DNA of 64,000 bases from the NCBI GenBank assembly GCA_038252165.1, contig JBBSAP010000002.1, positions 51,892 through 115,891 on the forward strand, written 5' to 3'. A model generated the notes under the pieces. It ran no database searches. It saw only the letters and a list, made by a program, of their open reading frames with translations, and was not told the origin of the DNA. Each line of letters begins with the position of its first letter. Positions within the stretch are counted from its first letter, which is position 1. Source of the DNA: Bacteroidales bacterium (GTDB lineage: Bacteria > Bacteroidota > Bacteroidia > Bacteroidales > VadinHA17). This document shows, piece after piece, positions 9,968 to 18,245 of the stretch. A program made the translations under genes and the position numbers.

Positions 9968-10570
9968 ATGACAATATCTGATTGGATATCAAATAACTGG
10001 ATCGAAATCTTTGGCGCCGTAACCGGCATAATCTACGTTTTTCTCGAAATCAGGCAGAAGATATGGCTCTGGCCTGTGGGAATAGTAACATCTGCAGTTT
10101 ACATAATCGTGTTTTTCACAAGCAAGTTCTACGCTGACATGAGTTTGCAGGGGTATTACCTTGTAATAAGCTTTGTGGGGTGGTACTGGTGGGTAAAGGG
10201 CACAGGGCACAGGGCACAGAGCACGGAGCAAAAAGAAACTGAAAAACTATTTGTAACAAGATTAAAATCCAAAACAGGTGTTGCCCTGGGAGTAATATTT
10301 ATATTGCTGTACTTTTTGATGTGGTTTGTACTTTCGCGCCTTACTGATTCCCCGGTTCCTGAATGGGATTCATTTATAACATCCCTTTCGATCATCGCGA
10401 CATGGATGCTTGCACGAAAGATCTATGAACACTGGTTTTTATGGATAGTTGTTAATTCTGCCTCAGTAATACTGTTTGCAACAAGAGATCTTTATCCGAC
10501 AGTAATCCTGTACCTGGTTTATCTTGCAATGTCGTTTGTCGGGCTTAAAGAGTGGAAGCGCTCCTTATAA
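9968..10570 (+). CDS. pnuT: PnuC-family inner-membrane transporter, PnuT-type (thiamine) by context
   Basis: 200 aa with about 7 TM segments. PnuC-like WxxxN/W-rich helices (NWIEIFGAVTGIIYVFL..., GWYWW). It starts 4 nt after the receptor stop, under the TPP riboswitch. Confidence 0.8.
   Translation: MTISDWISNNWIEIFGAVTGIIYVFLEIRQKIWLWPVGIVTSAVYIIVFFTSKFYADMSLQGYYLVISFVGWYWWVKGTGHRAQSTEQKETEKLFVTRLKSKTGVALGVIFILLYFLMWFVLSRLTDSPVPEWDSFITSLSIIATWMLARKIYEHWFLWIVVNSASVILFATRDLYPTVILYLVYLAMSFVGLKEWKRSL
10198..10225. repeat. Heptanucleotide tandem repeat (GGGCACA x3 plus a degenerate copy) inside the pnuT coding sequence
   Basis: gggcaca gggcaca gggcaca gagcacg, encoding the loop GTGHRAQST between TM helices. 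Confidence 0.85.
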
Positions 10571-11431
10571 AGTGTCACATTTTGAGAACAGTTTCAGGTC
10601 CCAAACATCAGCAAAAACACGTCCTGCCTGTTGTTCTATCCCATACTCCAGGACCATTTCCAGGGAACGTATATCTGGCAGGGTAAAGATGCCTTTTTCA
10701 AGCAGCTGATCCATTGCCCCGTTTCCAGCTCTTACAGGGATTAAAACGCAGCACTCCACGCCTGCATTGAAAGCAAAATCGAGTGTTCGTTTGGCCCAGA
10801 AAACACCTTCGGATTCCGAAAGGGAAGGTGGACGAAGAAGAATAAATGCTCTTGTGAATATATCATGCTCCATGAGAAAATTTACCGATCCGGTAAAATC
10901 GCTGAGCATCATCCTTTTATTGAGTTTCTTCAGAATTTCTGTATTTACAGTCTCCAGTCCGATAGCGATCTGCAGGTCGGATTTTATCATGTCCCTGAAC
11001 CTGAGGCAATTTTCATTTATTAACGAGGGATGACTTTCAACAATAACTGTTTCGAAACTGCTTATCAGAGAAGCAATTTTAGGGTAATCTTTTTCAGGTA
11101 TTGCTTTTTTATCAAAGAAACTACCGCTGTTGTAAAGTTTAAGATTTTTTGCTTCAGGCATATTATTAAGCGCCCATTCAATCTGGGCAGGGATAGCTCC
11201 TTCAGGAACTGATCTGTCTGTGGTGTTTTTCCAAAGGTCGCACATCAGGCAATGAAAAGGACATTCCCTGTTTGTCAGAAAAATGGTAGCGACATCTTCA
11301 ATAGTCCCTGAAGGAGTCCTTTCTTTTTCTATATTCCATGCATAGGGTTTCTGCGGATCGATACTATTTTTATTACCACGGCAGGATACAATCCACTTAT
11401 CGGTTACCGCAGGGTTCGTAAAATCATTCAT
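10565..11431 (-). CDS. Radical SAM protein (Elp3/TIGR01210/RaSEA-like small rSAM)
   Basis: CPFHCLMCD is a CX3CX2C cluster motif, followed by a TIM-barrel-like region (LYNSGSFFD, IGLETV). The preferred start is MNDFTNP at 11431, 2 nt after the upstream stop. The track start at 11512 would overlap the upstream gene by 89 nt. The 3' end overlaps the convergent pnuT by 6 nt. Confidence 0.8.
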   Translation of the reverse strand: MNDFTNPAVTDKWIVSCRGNKNSIDPQKPYAWNIEKERTPSGTIEDVATIFLTNRECPFHCLMCDLWKNTTDRSVPEGAIPAQIEWALNNMPEAKNLKLYNSGSFFDKKAIPEKDYPKIASLISSFETVIVESHPSLINENCLRFRDMIKSDLQIAIGLETVNTEILKKLNKRMMLSDFTGSVNFLMEHDIFTRAFILLRPPSLSESEGVFWAKRTLDFAFNAGVECCVLIPVRAGNGAMDQLLEKGIFTLPDIRSLEMVLEYGIEQQAGRVFADVWDLKLFSKCDTL

Positions 11432-12752
11432 AGCTTGAAAGAAACTCTTTCCGGTAAGCTGTTTCCTTTTCAGGGAAATGATTGCAGAAGGTATTTGCCG
11501 GTGCTGCACCATGCTGAAAACGCCTTTTGGGGAATACAGGCATGGTTATGCCTGTAACTGCTTTGACTCCCCCGGAAACGATTTGTCCCTTAAGATCATA
11601 TAACTTTTTATGATCCCAGCCTGTAATATCAATGAATGGTATACCTTCTGAGACTTCAATCACATTTGGCAATGTATAAGGGCTGAAAGATTCAAAACCA
11701 AGACTTTCACCTGTTGTATAAGTCCTCATGATTCCCCTGCTCAATCCACCTGAGTAAGTAAGAGAGTGTTTTATTGAATCGACTCCCCATCCTTCATGGT
11801 AAAGCATCAGGTTGTTGAGTACGCTTCGGATTGTAAGTTCCGGATTCTCTTCAATAGGATAGTCCTTCATATTCTCGTTGCCTCCATCGCCGTCAATCAT
11901 GAATTTCCAATCCGGATAGCGTGATCTGATGCCTTGCAAAAGTGCCATATTCATTGTAGCTGCCTGTATATCAAGAGGTTTGTAGTCTTCAACTACCCTT
12001 ACAGTATTCTTCCAGTCGAGAGATGAATAATCTGCTTCAATTACTTCAAGGAAAAATCCCAGATTAAGATCATCAAGGAACTTTTTTGCCTGGGTCAGGT
12101 CTTCTCCCCCTCCGTCAATACTAAGAGTAAAAGCCTTAAGCCGCGATGGGCTTTCACCAAGTTCCCTGAGAGCCTGGTACACCAGAAGGAAAAGAGCTCC
12201 GCTGTCAATTCCCGCTGAAAAAGTAATACCAACAGGTCCGGTGCCGGCGCGGAATTTCAACCATTTCTTTATCTCTTCCAATAAGGTTCTTATGTAAAGT
12301 TCCCCTGTTTCCGGAATATCTGATGAAGTGTATTTGTTCCTTTCAGGTTTAAAGAACCTTTCATAGACCGGATTTGGATCGGGACAGCCCAGAAGCTCTA
12401 TTTTTGTTATATAGTGTGCCGGAACCATCCGTGTATATGAAGGATGGAACTGATGATCGAGGCCCTCTTTTTTAAGATAATCAAAGATGGTGTCAATCCG
12501 TTCAGCAACAACAAGCTCAGGTCCGCCCGGCCTTTTTGCAATGAAATACCGGATTGGACGGCCGATTGATCTTGCCATCCTTATCGTTTTGCCATCAACA
12601 GAAACAAGCGAAAACTGCCCGTCTATTTTCCGTACAGCCTCCACGTTCCCCGATCTGACGGCTTCAACAGCTTCCTCATGCGTCATATTATAAATAGCAT
12701 TCTTTGCCGGATTTGTGAGATCCATCACCTTGTTTACATATTGATTAATCAT
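11424..12752 (-). CDS. Asparagine-synthetase-B-like ATP-dependent ligase lacking the glutaminase Cys (beta-lactam-synthetase/carbapenam-synthetase-like architecture)
   Basis: PP-loop-like ITFSAGIDSGALF (compare SGGLDS). The degenerate N-terminal Ntn domain (DGQFSLVSVDG...RMARSIGRPIRYFIA) has no Cys after the initiator Met. The track start at 12773 is a TTG, and the first ATG (MINQYVNK) is at 12752. Confidence 0.7.
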   Translation of the reverse strand: MINQYVNKVMDLTNPAKNAIYNMTHEEAVEAVRSGNVEAVRKIDGQFSLVSVDGKTIRMARSIGRPIRYFIAKRPGGPELVVAERIDTIFDYLKKEGLDHQFHPSYTRMVPAHYITKIELLGCPDPNPVYERFFKPERNKYTSSDIPETGELYIRTLLEEIKKWLKFRAGTGPVGITFSAGIDSGALFLLVYQALRELGESPSRLKAFTLSIDGGGEDLTQAKKFLDDLNLGFFLEVIEADYSSLDWKNTVRVVEDYKPLDIQAATMNMALLQGIRSRYPDWKFMIDGDGGNENMKDYPIEENPELTIRSVLNNLMLYHEGWGVDSIKHSLTYSGGLSRGIMRTYTTGESLGFESFSPYTLPNVIEVSEGIPFIDITGWDHKKLYDLKGQIVSGGVKAVTGITMPVFPKRRFQHGAAPANTFCNHFPEKETAYRKEFLSSYE

Positions 12753-12786
12753 ATTATATGAGTTTAAATTCAACTAACTATTAAGA

Positions 12787-12861
12787 AGTGCCTAGAGTGC
12801 CTAGAGTGAGCTAAAGTTGTAAAAACTCTAAGTACTCTAGTCACTCCAAACTTTAGTCACT
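12787..12861. repeat. 9-nt unit AGTGnCTAG: 3 direct copies followed by 3 inverted copies
   Basis: agtgcctag agtgcctag agtgagcta ... ctaagtact ctagtcact ... ttagtcact. The last inverted unit contains the stop codon (12853-12855) of the CRTAC1 gene. Confidence 0.8.
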
Positions 12862-14619
12862 TTCTTCCATGATTCCCTTCCCCTCCATTATTGTAATATA
12901 TTTATCTGCAGATACATTTTTGTAAACCTCCTTCTTCCCACCGGTCCAGCTGATCTCAAGCGTATCAATTATTTTTGCGCTGCCCAGGCCAATATGTAAC
13001 CTGGGATCATTATTGCTCAGGTAGCTTGTTGCCCATTGATTGACAAGTACCTGCCTCTTTCCGCCGGTTGTAGCGACAACTTTGGCGGCAATTGTTGAAG
13101 CCGGACCTTTACTGCCTTTCAGCGTTAAACCAAGCCAGTGATTTGCATTGCCACCGTCATTCCTGAGCAAAGAAGCCGTAGCTTTCAGGTCAACATGCGA
13201 GATTATGACATCCATATCTCCGTCATTGTCGTAATCCCATATGGCAAGACCTCTTCCTGAACGCTTTACTTTGAAATAATCCCCATACTGCTTCCCTGTG
13301 TCTTTGAAATGTCCTGTGCCGTCATTCTCAAGAAGTAATGGATATTGAAGCACAAGTTCCTCGGCTGTTCCGTTTGCAGAAACAATATCCAGATCCCCAT
13401 CGTTGTCAAAATCAAGGAAAGCTGCAGCCCAGGCACCCTTCCCGGCCAGGGGGCCCTGAACACCGCTTATTTCGGTAATATCCTCGAAGAAACCGTTGCC
13501 CTTATTGCGGTAAAGCGCTCCATAGTCAAGATCAACCACCAGAATATCAATCAGCCCGTCACCATCTACATCACCAATTGACCCATGCATTGAGCCGCTC
13601 CCTATACCATGGCTGTTGGCGGCCACGCCAATCTCAACACCTACCTCCTTATAAACGCCGTTATCATTTCTGAACATGAAATTAAGCTGATGATCGTTAG
13701 CCTGGAAAATATCTATATCTCCGTCATCATCATAATCATATACAGTGAGCCCCATGCATTTTGAATCGGGATAAAACAGGCTGTTTTTTTTGGTAACATC
13801 AACAAACTTCCCATCAGGACCCTGTTCATAGAGCATTGAAGCCTGTCCTTTATATTCAGATGGCTGGGGCATTAAGTCGGGAGTGGCCGGTGTGAAGTAG
13901 TGGGGATCGAAAGCCAGGAAATTACCAACCATTGCATCGAGCCTTCCGTCGCGGTTATGATCCCAGAATGAGACGCCAATGCTCCATTTAACAAATCCGT
14001 TTAATTTTTCCGGACCCCTAAGACCTGTATAATTTGTTATGTCGGCAAATGTTCCGTTGCCATTATTCCTGTAAAAAACATTCGGACCATAATTAAGCAG
14101 GTAGAGATCCTGGTCCCCGTCATTATCATAATCTATTGCTCCTGCTGCCATGCTCCAGTTAGTGTCATTAATACCTGCCTTCTCTGATACGTCTGTGAAT
14201 GTTCCGTTACCATTGTTTTTATAAAGCCTGTCGGGTGTATTGCTGAATTTTTTTCCCTCCGGATCAGATATGCCTTCAATATATGTTCCGTTCATCATTA
14301 ACAGATCCATCAGGTTGTCGTTGTTGTAATCAAATATTGTTATTCCTGATCCGCTGCTTTCAAGAATATTCCTGTAGGAAAGATCGCCGAATGTATATTT
14401 GAAATCAATCCCAGCTTTTACCGTAACATCGGTAAAAGTGATACTTTTCTTTTGCGCTGATGACTGAAAGGAAAAACTAAGGATAAAAAGACAGTAAAAA
14501 AGAATAACTAATGGTCTATTGATACCCCCTTTCTTATCCCGCGGGGCGGGATGTTTTAGCTCCTTCCCCCTTGGGGGAAGGTCGGGAAGGGGGTATTTAA
14601 AATTAATAATACCGGTCAT
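12853..14619 (-). CDS. CRTAC1-family protein (FG-GAP/VCBS repeats plus C-terminal ASPIC/UnbV domain)
   Basis: Repeated DYDNDGDxDL-type Ca-binding FG-GAP/VCBS blades. C-terminal UnbV block NHWLGLTLKG...GGKRQVLVNQWATSYLSNNDPRLHIGLG...LEISWTGG. ATGA overlap with the upstream gene. The first about 34 aa are encoded by a repeat element and precede the actual signal peptide (VILFYCLFILSFSFQSSAQ), so the start is uncertain. Confidence 0.85.
   Translation of the reverse strand: MTGIINFKYPLPDLPPRGKELKHPAPRDKKGGINRPLVILFYCLFILSFSFQSSAQKKSITFTDVTVKAGIDFKYTFGDLSYRNILESSGSGITIFDYNNDNLMDLLMMNGTYIEGISDPEGKKFSNTPDRLYKNNGNGTFTDVSEKAGINDTNWSMAAGAIDYDNDGDQDLYLLNYGPNVFYRNNGNGTFADITNYTGLRGPEKLNGFVKWSIGVSFWDHNRDGRLDAMVGNFLAFDPHYFTPATPDLMPQPSEYKGQASMLYEQGPDGKFVDVTKKNSLFYPDSKCMGLTVYDYDDDGDIDIFQANDHQLNFMFRNDNGVYKEVGVEIGVAANSHGIGSGSMHGSIGDVDGDGLIDILVVDLDYGALYRNKGNGFFEDITEISGVQGPLAGKGAWAAAFLDFDNDGDLDIVSANGTAEELVLQYPLLLENDGTGHFKDTGKQYGDYFKVKRSGRGLAIWDYDNDGDMDVIISHVDLKATASLLRNDGGNANHWLGLTLKGSKGPASTIAAKVVATTGGKRQVLVNQWATSYLSNNDPRLHIGLGSAKIIDTLEISWTGGKKEVYKNVSADKYITIMEGKGIMEESD
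14522..14596. repeat. G5/C5 multi-hairpin element, type A (outer stem enclosing two hairpins)
   Basis: Outer stem ataccccct (14522-14530) pairs with agggggtat (14588-14596). It encloses atcccgc-ggg-gcgggat and ccttccccc-ttg-ggggaagg. Homologous to 47215..47291. Confidence 0.85.
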
Positions 14620-17600
14620 TTAATTACAATATTAGAATTTCCTCTTAACGCATTTAAATACTCGTCTGCTGTCACAACCCTTGTATTGTATTCCCGGTTA
14701 TATTTCAGCAGTTCCGGATCATCCGGATACTTATCGGTTTCAGAGGGAGGATAACTTTTCATTCCATGAAATGGAAGAGGCAAAACTGTATTGCCGAATG
14801 CTGTATTCAGGTCACCGTCTTTTACCCATCCAACGCTGCGGATAAGGAAATCCCTTTTCCATCCTTTTGCCAATGGCGGTAATGTGCTGGCATTGAAGTT
14901 GATTGTAGTTTCATCACCGGCATTTGTAATAATGTATTTATTATCCGACTCTGACAAGAGCGGCAGTACATCGCCGAATCGTGTGTAATTTCCTGACAAA
15001 TCTCTCCATTTCGGTCCCTTTTCAACAACAGAATAATTGAACCAGTGAGGCCCGTAACGGCTTCCTTTTCTGAAAAGCTCGGAGAAGCCTCTGTAGTGCA
15101 GGTCTGCACTTGAAGGGTTAAGAACACTCCTTACGACTGGAGCATCCGGTAAATCTTCAGCGAAGAATATCTGATCCCAGTATATTTCCATATTTGTCCT
15201 GATCCTTATCCGATGATCTTTTGTAAGGAATTTACCTGAAAGATCAGCAATAACAGTTTTATCCTTACCCATAGGAAATCCAGGGCTGCTGCTAACTGAT
15301 TCCCACCCGCCGTTTTTATTTATTACCTGGATCAACGGAGGAGTTACCCTGATATCATCCGATTGGGATATTGCAACATTTATGCTGGCATCTGTAGGGA
15401 ATATCCATCCATTCATAAAAAGAGATAATCTACCTGTCACATCAATGTTTCCCGGATCAATTATAAGATCCCTCATCTCAGTGATTCCCTGATATTTGCC
15501 CGACCTGAAGCCCGAAAGGTAATTGTCATCTTTCTGAGATATTAAATAAAGAACATCATTGCCGTCTGAATCTTCAGCTGAAACAGGAATATGTTTCTCT
15601 TTAACAGTAAGGATCTTTAAACCCGGGAATGGGGGAGGACCAAACTGTTCAGGAACAAAAATATCCAATGAATCGGGGTGATCCACAGCGACAAGTTCCA
15701 GTTTGTCAATGTAAATGGTCTCCCAGAGTTCAGATGTGACCTGAATTGAATAACTTCCATTGTTTTGTTTCAGTATACCCGGAATCTTTAAATAATCATC
15801 CGAGGCATCTGCAAAGGCATATGAGGTATTGCCACCCATTATGCCGGTTGGCATTCCAAGAGCACTTCTCCATAATATATCCTTAACAAAAACATATTCT
15901 TCCCCGTTCCATCCATAGAGAAAAGGACATGAACCCTTAAGTGTTTGCTCCTCGATAAGGGCCTGGTCGGATCCGGGCATAAAAATGTTCTGAGGCACTC
16001 CGTTTGTCCATCTGATCCTGATGATATCAGCTCTCGAATGACTGCCTATTCCAAAATGGATGTTGGGATCAGTCACAACCATTGTCTCATAGAGATCCCC
16101 GGCACGCATCTCGACTTTGGCCCCGATTCCGAAGTGATTATTTTTGGCGCTGCCTGCTCTCAGCCCAACAAGCTTCATGGTGATGTAATGGTTGTTATTT
16201 CCGCCGTCATTGCGCAGAAGGGAAATGCCTCCATTGAGGCCTGCAATTACAGCATCAAGGTCACCATCATCATTATAATCAAAAATTGTTATCTGTTTTC
16301 CATATTTTACATCATCCGGCATTAGATTGGAAACATTTGTGAAACTTCCCTTTCCGTCATTGTAATAAAGGTAAATTCCACGACCATCTCTTTCCTGTGA
16401 TTCCCCTGCCACCATAAGATCGAGAAATCCGTCATTATTAAAATCGAGGAAAGAAGCATCATATACATTTACTTTTTCAAGCGATCGGAACATTTCTGCA
16501 GTATTCTTTTCCTTCTCAAAGGTACCATTACGCTGATTCCTTAAGAGTGAATGATTCCCCCCTGTAACCGAGCCGATAAAAAGGTCAAGATATCCGTCGT
16601 TATTATAATCTCCGGCCGCAACCGCACCAGCTCCTTCATTCCCTGCCAGGCCGCTTTCAGCAGCGATATCCTTGAAAACACCCTGCCGCTGATTTGAATA
16701 TAAGGAGGTGCCTGCGTTTTTATTGACTACAATAAAGTCGATATCATCGTCATCATCAAAATCTCCAAAAGCTGCACCTGTGGAGATGGTTCCCCCGTTC
16801 TGTGGGCCAAGTTTTGCCGACTGATCTTCAAATGTTCCGTCTGAGTTATTTCTCAAAAGCAGGTTTGAATTTGGCAGGATCTCAAACAGATCAAGATCCC
16901 CGTCGTGATCCATATCAAAGAAAAGAGCCTTTTTACCTCCGGTCCTGCTGCCTGCTTTTGCTTTATCAGTTACATCTACAAATGTTCCATTTCCAGTATT
17001 TCGGTATAGGACATCGCCGCCCTCCTTCATCACAAAAAGGTCAGGGAAACCGTCATTATCATAATCAGCAAATGCAGCAGACGATTCATTACCTGAATGC
17101 TTTAAGCCTGCTTTCTCAGACACATCTGTAAATTTCCCCATTTCATTATTGAACAGAAAATGTTTATAGGAAGAGGATACAGGATCATAACTGCCGGCAT
17201 AAAGATCAATATCACCGTCACCATCATAATCACATTCTTCGGCATGAGCTGAATATCTGAATTCTGAATTTTTACTCCCTTCTGACCTGGGAACAATATC
17301 CAGACCGGCTGCAGAAGATACATCCTTATAACTGATAATATCCAGAAGGGAGGTATTTTCTATTTTCCGGGATGAGGAAGACTGTCTGTCGAAAGTTATG
17401 ACCGGAAAGCCTATCAGGGATCCTCCGGGGCCCTTCAGATCCATTATCCCTGCCTGATAAGGTGAAGTAACCTTCAGGTAATTATGGAAAATTGTAAACT
17501 GGATAATTGCATTTTCCCTGTCTTTCTTTTTCAGTAAAGAAAGTGTCTTATTATAGTATTCGACGGCTTCTTTCGGAAATTCAGGGAACTGCTTATTGAT

Positions 17601-18194
17601 TATTTCCATCTGCTCCATTGCCTTATCGAATTCACCCTTCCGGATAAGAATATCTGTAAGGTTAAGACGCGGGACAAGGTTTGCGGGCGCTTTTTCGACC
17701 AGAATATTAATATAATTCTCACGCTGTTTCTGTGAATCTATGTCAGGCAGGGTTGAAAACAATTCAGAAATTTCATAAAGTATTTTTACATGGTCGGGAG
17801 CAAATTCAAGGGCACTCTTAAGCTCTTTAATAGCCTTATCCCGTTCATTGTTCATCTTGAATACTGTGCCCAGTATAAGTCTTATGTCCGGATCTTTCGG
17901 ATCGATCCTGATTGCTTTGTTCAGCTCTTTTTCGGCTTCAGGGTATTTAGCCATCCTTAAGTAAGTCAGGCCGAGATTTGCATATCCAAACTTATCATTC
18001 GGTGCAAGATCAATAAAATTCAGGAATTCCTTTTCAGCCTCCTCCAGCTTAAACTCTTCAAGATAAGCCAGTCCAAGTGTTTTAGTTGTAATAAGGTCAG
18101 TCGATTTTTGTCCGGATTTTTCTCCACTGTTCCTGCACCCCGGAAATAATGAGATTAAAGCTGTGGTAAGTAATATGAAGTAACTCTTTTTCAT
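14616..18194 (-). CDS. Giant lipoprotein: N-terminal TPR repeats, FG-GAP/VCBS repeats, ASPIC/UnbV domain and a ~450-aa C-terminal region of unknown function
   Basis: 1192 aa. Lipobox LFPGC; TPR-like helices (residues ~40-230); many DxDxDGDxD blades; UnbV block NHYITMKLVG...GIGAKVEMRAG...IHFGIGSHSRADIIRIRWTNG; then an unassigned C-terminal region beginning SCPFLYGWNGEEYVF. Confidence 0.85.
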   Translation of the reverse strand: MKKSYFILLTTALISLFPGCRNSGEKSGQKSTDLITTKTLGLAYLEEFKLEEAEKEFLNFIDLAPNDKFGYANLGLTYLRMAKYPEAEKELNKAIRIDPKDPDIRLILGTVFKMNNERDKAIKELKSALEFAPDHVKILYEISELFSTLPDIDSQKQRENYINILVEKAPANLVPRLNLTDILIRKGEFDKAMEQMEIINKQFPEFPKEAVEYYNKTLSLLKKKDRENAIIQFTIFHNYLKVTSPYQAGIMDLKGPGGSLIGFPVITFDRQSSSSRKIENTSLLDIISYKDVSSAAGLDIVPRSEGSKNSEFRYSAHAEECDYDGDGDIDLYAGSYDPVSSSYKHFLFNNEMGKFTDVSEKAGLKHSGNESSAAFADYDNDGFPDLFVMKEGGDVLYRNTGNGTFVDVTDKAKAGSRTGGKKALFFDMDHDGDLDLFEILPNSNLLLRNNSDGTFEDQSAKLGPQNGGTISTGAAFGDFDDDDDIDFIVVNKNAGTSLYSNQRQGVFKDIAAESGLAGNEGAGAVAAGDYNNDGYLDLFIGSVTGGNHSLLRNQRNGTFEKEKNTAEMFRSLEKVNVYDASFLDFNNDGFLDLMVAGESQERDGRGIYLYYNDGKGSFTNVSNLMPDDVKYGKQITIFDYNDDGDLDAVIAGLNGGISLLRNDGGNNNHYITMKLVGLRAGSAKNNHFGIGAKVEMRAGDLYETMVVTDPNIHFGIGSHSRADIIRIRWTNGVPQNIFMPGSDQALIEEQTLKGSCPFLYGWNGEEYVFVKDILWRSALGMPTGIMGGNTSYAFADASDDYLKIPGILKQNNGSYSIQVTSELWETIYIDKLELVAVDHPDSLDIFVPEQFGPPPFPGLKILTVKEKHIPVSAEDSDGNDVLYLISQKDDNYLSGFRSGKYQGITEMRDLIIDPGNIDVTGRLSLFMNGWIFPTDASINVAISQSDDIRVTPPLIQVINKNGGWESVSSSPGFPMGKDKTVIADLSGKFLTKDHRIRIRTNMEIYWDQIFFAEDLPDAPVVRSVLNPSSADLHYRGFSELFRKGSRYGPHWFNYSVVEKGPKWRDLSGNYTRFGDVLPLLSESDNKYIITNAGDETTINFNASTLPPLAKGWKRDFLIRSVGWVKDGDLNTAFGNTVLPLPFHGMKSYPPSETDKYPDDPELLKYNREYNTRVVTADEYLNALRGNSNIVIK

Positions 18195-18245
18195 GCCATC
18201 AAAATTAGCAAATAAAACTTTATAAAATCCCGGTTGGAAGTTAGG

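Noticed and set aside
11424-12752. Lasso-peptide cyclase / RiPP cluster interpretation of the AsnB-like gene
   Set aside because: No transglutaminase-like B protease, PqqD-like RRE, precursor-sized ORF or ABC exporter is adjacent. The spacer upstream is only 79-100 nt and is filled by 9-mer repeats. The pair is kept only as an unknown ligase plus rSAM.
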